Source: Verrucomicrobiota bacterium (GTDB taxonomy: Bacteria > Verrucomicrobiota > Verrucomicrobiia > Limisphaerales > UBA1319). Taken from it: 64,000 nucleotides of DNA. Below the pieces are notes generated by a model. It was given only the letters and a program-made list of their open reading frames with translations. It did no database searches and was not told where the DNA came from. Both the position numbers and the translations under genes were made by a program. This document shows, piece after piece, positions 62,556 to 64,000 of this stretch. Every line of letters begins with the position of its first letter. Positions within the stretch are counted from its first letter, which is position 1. The stretch covers positions 36,626 through 100,625 of the forward strand of contig JAKLFB010000015.1 in the NCBI GenBank assembly GCA_022711435.1, in the 5' to 3' direction.

Positions 62556-64000
62556 ATGAAATCTCCAATCCGCAGATGGCTGGCCCTTGGGCTGATGGGT
62601 GGGTTCTGCCTCTCCCTCGCGTCAAAACTTGAAGCACAACTGACCGTGTACCTCCGGGCCGACACGGCCATTCAGACCATGCCGGATGGCCGTCAGGTCC
62701 TGATGTGGGGCTACGCCAAGGACTCGAGCTTCGGCGCACATGACGGCACGGTTTCCGTCCCCGGGCCTCTCATTACGGTTCCCCACACCTTCACAAAGCT
62801 CACCATCGTTCTCGAGAACAACCTGGCCGAGGCAACCTCGATCGTCATCCCGAACCAACATACGGCCAGTGTGCTCGACAACGGCACCCCAGTCCCCCCG
62901 ACGACCCACACCCGGTTCACAGATTCCCAGAACCGGTCTAGGGCGACCTCGTTCACGTTCGACACGCCCCCTGGCAACACCACCCCTGTCACGTATGTAT
63001 GGGACAACCTGACGCCGGGAACGTACCTCTACCACAGCGGCTCGCATGCGGCGCTCCAAACCCAGATGGGGCTCTATGGAGCTATGATCAAACGGTTGCC
63101 CTCGGGAACCACTGGCAACGGCGTTTATCCTGGTTTGGTCGTGAAAGCCGGGAACCAAGTCCCCCTCGTCTTCAGCGAGATCGACGCCGAGGTGCACGAT
63201 GCCGTCCAAGCCGGCCAATACGGCCCGGGCGGCACGATTACCAGCATGCAGCATTCAACGCCGGACTACTTCCTGATCAATGGACAATGTTATACCGGCG
63301 CTCAGCCCGCTATCCAGGCCGGCGCCCTAGGCGATACGATCCTGCTCCGCATGATCAACGCTTCGGCCAACCAACATGTGCCCGTGCTGGGCCAGCAGAG
63401 TATGACCGTGATCGCCGAAGACGGCCGGCCGTATGCGGACCGCCGGACCGGCCAATACTCGGTGTTCCTTCCCGCCATGAAAACCTGCGATGCCCTGTTC
63501 GTCCCGCTCCTCGGCGGCGCATATCCCATCTATGACCGCGCCACTGGATTCACGAGTCATGGAACCACCGGGCCCGTCGGGGGCATGCTGGCCTACCTCG
63601 CCATCGGCCAGAACTTCACCGCCACGGCCCCGGCGAACATTCCGGAATCCGGGCAGGCCAGCCGTTACGGCTACAACATCACTGTGCCTGCGACGTTCGA
63701 CTGGAAGGTGGCCAAGGTGCGCGTGATCCTCTACAAGCTGTCCCATCCTCGGCCGGCGGACCTCGACATCCTCCTTGTCAGCCCCGACGGTACCGCAGTC
63801 ATGCTGATGTCTGATGCTGGCGGCACGGCACAGCCAGCCAATCTGGTCAGCCTGACCTTTGACGACAGCGTCTCCGTCAGTGTCCCAACGCCGCTGGGGA
63901 CCGGCGCCTGGAAGCCAACCGACATCAACACTGGACCGGACACGTTCCCCGCCCCAGCGCCTGCCGGTCCGTACGCCGCGACCTTGAGCGCATTCAACGG
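62556..64000 (+). CDS. Ligand-free two-cupredoxin (MCO-like) protein followed by a proprotein-convertase P-domain-like module; the 3' end lies beyond the window
   Basis: Not in the ORF track (runs off the window). My own translation from ATG 62556 gives MKSPIRRWLALGLMGGFCLSLASKLEA...GTYLYHSGSHAALQTQMGLYGAMI...INGQCYTG...ANQHVPVLGQQSMTVIAEDG...GGMLAYLAI, then WKVAKVRVILYKLSHPRPADLDILLVSPDGTAVMLMSDAGG...LTFDD (P-domain pattern). Confidence 0.7.
   Translation, partial: MKSPIRRWLALGLMGGFCLSLASKLEAQLTVYLRADTAIQTMPDGRQVLMWGYAKDSSFGAHDGTVSVPGPLITVPHTFTKLTIVLENNLAEATSIVIPNQHTASVLDNGTPVPPTTHTRFTDSQNRSRATSFTFDTPPGNTTPVTYVWDNLTPGTYLYHSGSHAALQTQMGLYGAMIKRLPSGTTGNGVYPGLVVKAGNQVPLVFSEIDAEVHDAVQAGQYGPGGTITSMQHSTPDYFLINGQCYTGAQPAIQAGALGDTILLRMINASANQHVPVLGQQSMTVIAEDGRPYADRRTGQYSVFLPAMKTCDALFVPLLGGAYPIYDRATGFTSHGTTGPVGGMLAYLAIGQNFTATAPANIPESGQASRYGYNITVPATFDWKVAKVRVILYKLSHPRPADLDILLVSPDGTAVMLMSDAGGTAQPANLVSLTFDDSVSVSVPTPLGTGAWKPTDINTGPDTFPAPAPAGPYAATLSAFN

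Overview
This is a visibly GC-rich bacterial chromosomal window. I saw no rRNA, tRNA or CRISPR array. The gene content (PATR-type autotransporter repeats, PEP-CTERM tails, DUF1080, a GH29 fucosidase, NHL/HYR surface proteins, giant secreted repeat proteins) suggests a Verrucomicrobiota/PVC-type genome; that assignment is inference only. I support about 40 protein genes. Left to right they are:
- A partial PATR-repeat protein.
- A 1,568-aa secreted protein built from five ~314-aa tandem modules, then an SGNH esterase carrying a sixth copy of the module.
- A NatAB-like ABC pair.
- A minus-strand CehA/McbA-like metallohydrolase operon, headed by a decayed FGE-domain gene.
- A 1,842-codon RHS/YD-repeat gene whose conserved tip is interrupted by an in-frame TGA.
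- trpG/pabA.
- An ~11 kb tightly packed minus-strand operon: two ABC-2 permeases, three SPFH/band-7 paralogues, a His-rich P1B metal ATPase, an ABC ATPase and an unknown protein.
- creD, then a GH29 fucosidase, a beta-propeller-like protein and a DUF362 protein.
- cysTWA.
- An AT-richer islet bounded by ~29-bp inverted repeats that holds an RHS pseudogene fragment.
- A DUF1080-PHP fusion, two PEP-CTERM proteins and a four-gene phosphorelay.
- At the right end, three consecutive multicopper-oxidase-like genes.

My best candidate for a new system is that right-end trio. It encodes six cupredoxin domains on three polypeptides. Copper ligands survive only in domain 1 of the first gene and domain 2 of the second, and together these make exactly one type-1 site plus one trinuclear cluster. 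That pattern suggests a split, heterotrimeric multicopper oxidase.

Many very long antisense ORFs in the supplied track are GC-driven shadows, and I rejected them. All family assignments rest on motifs read by eye; no database search was possible.
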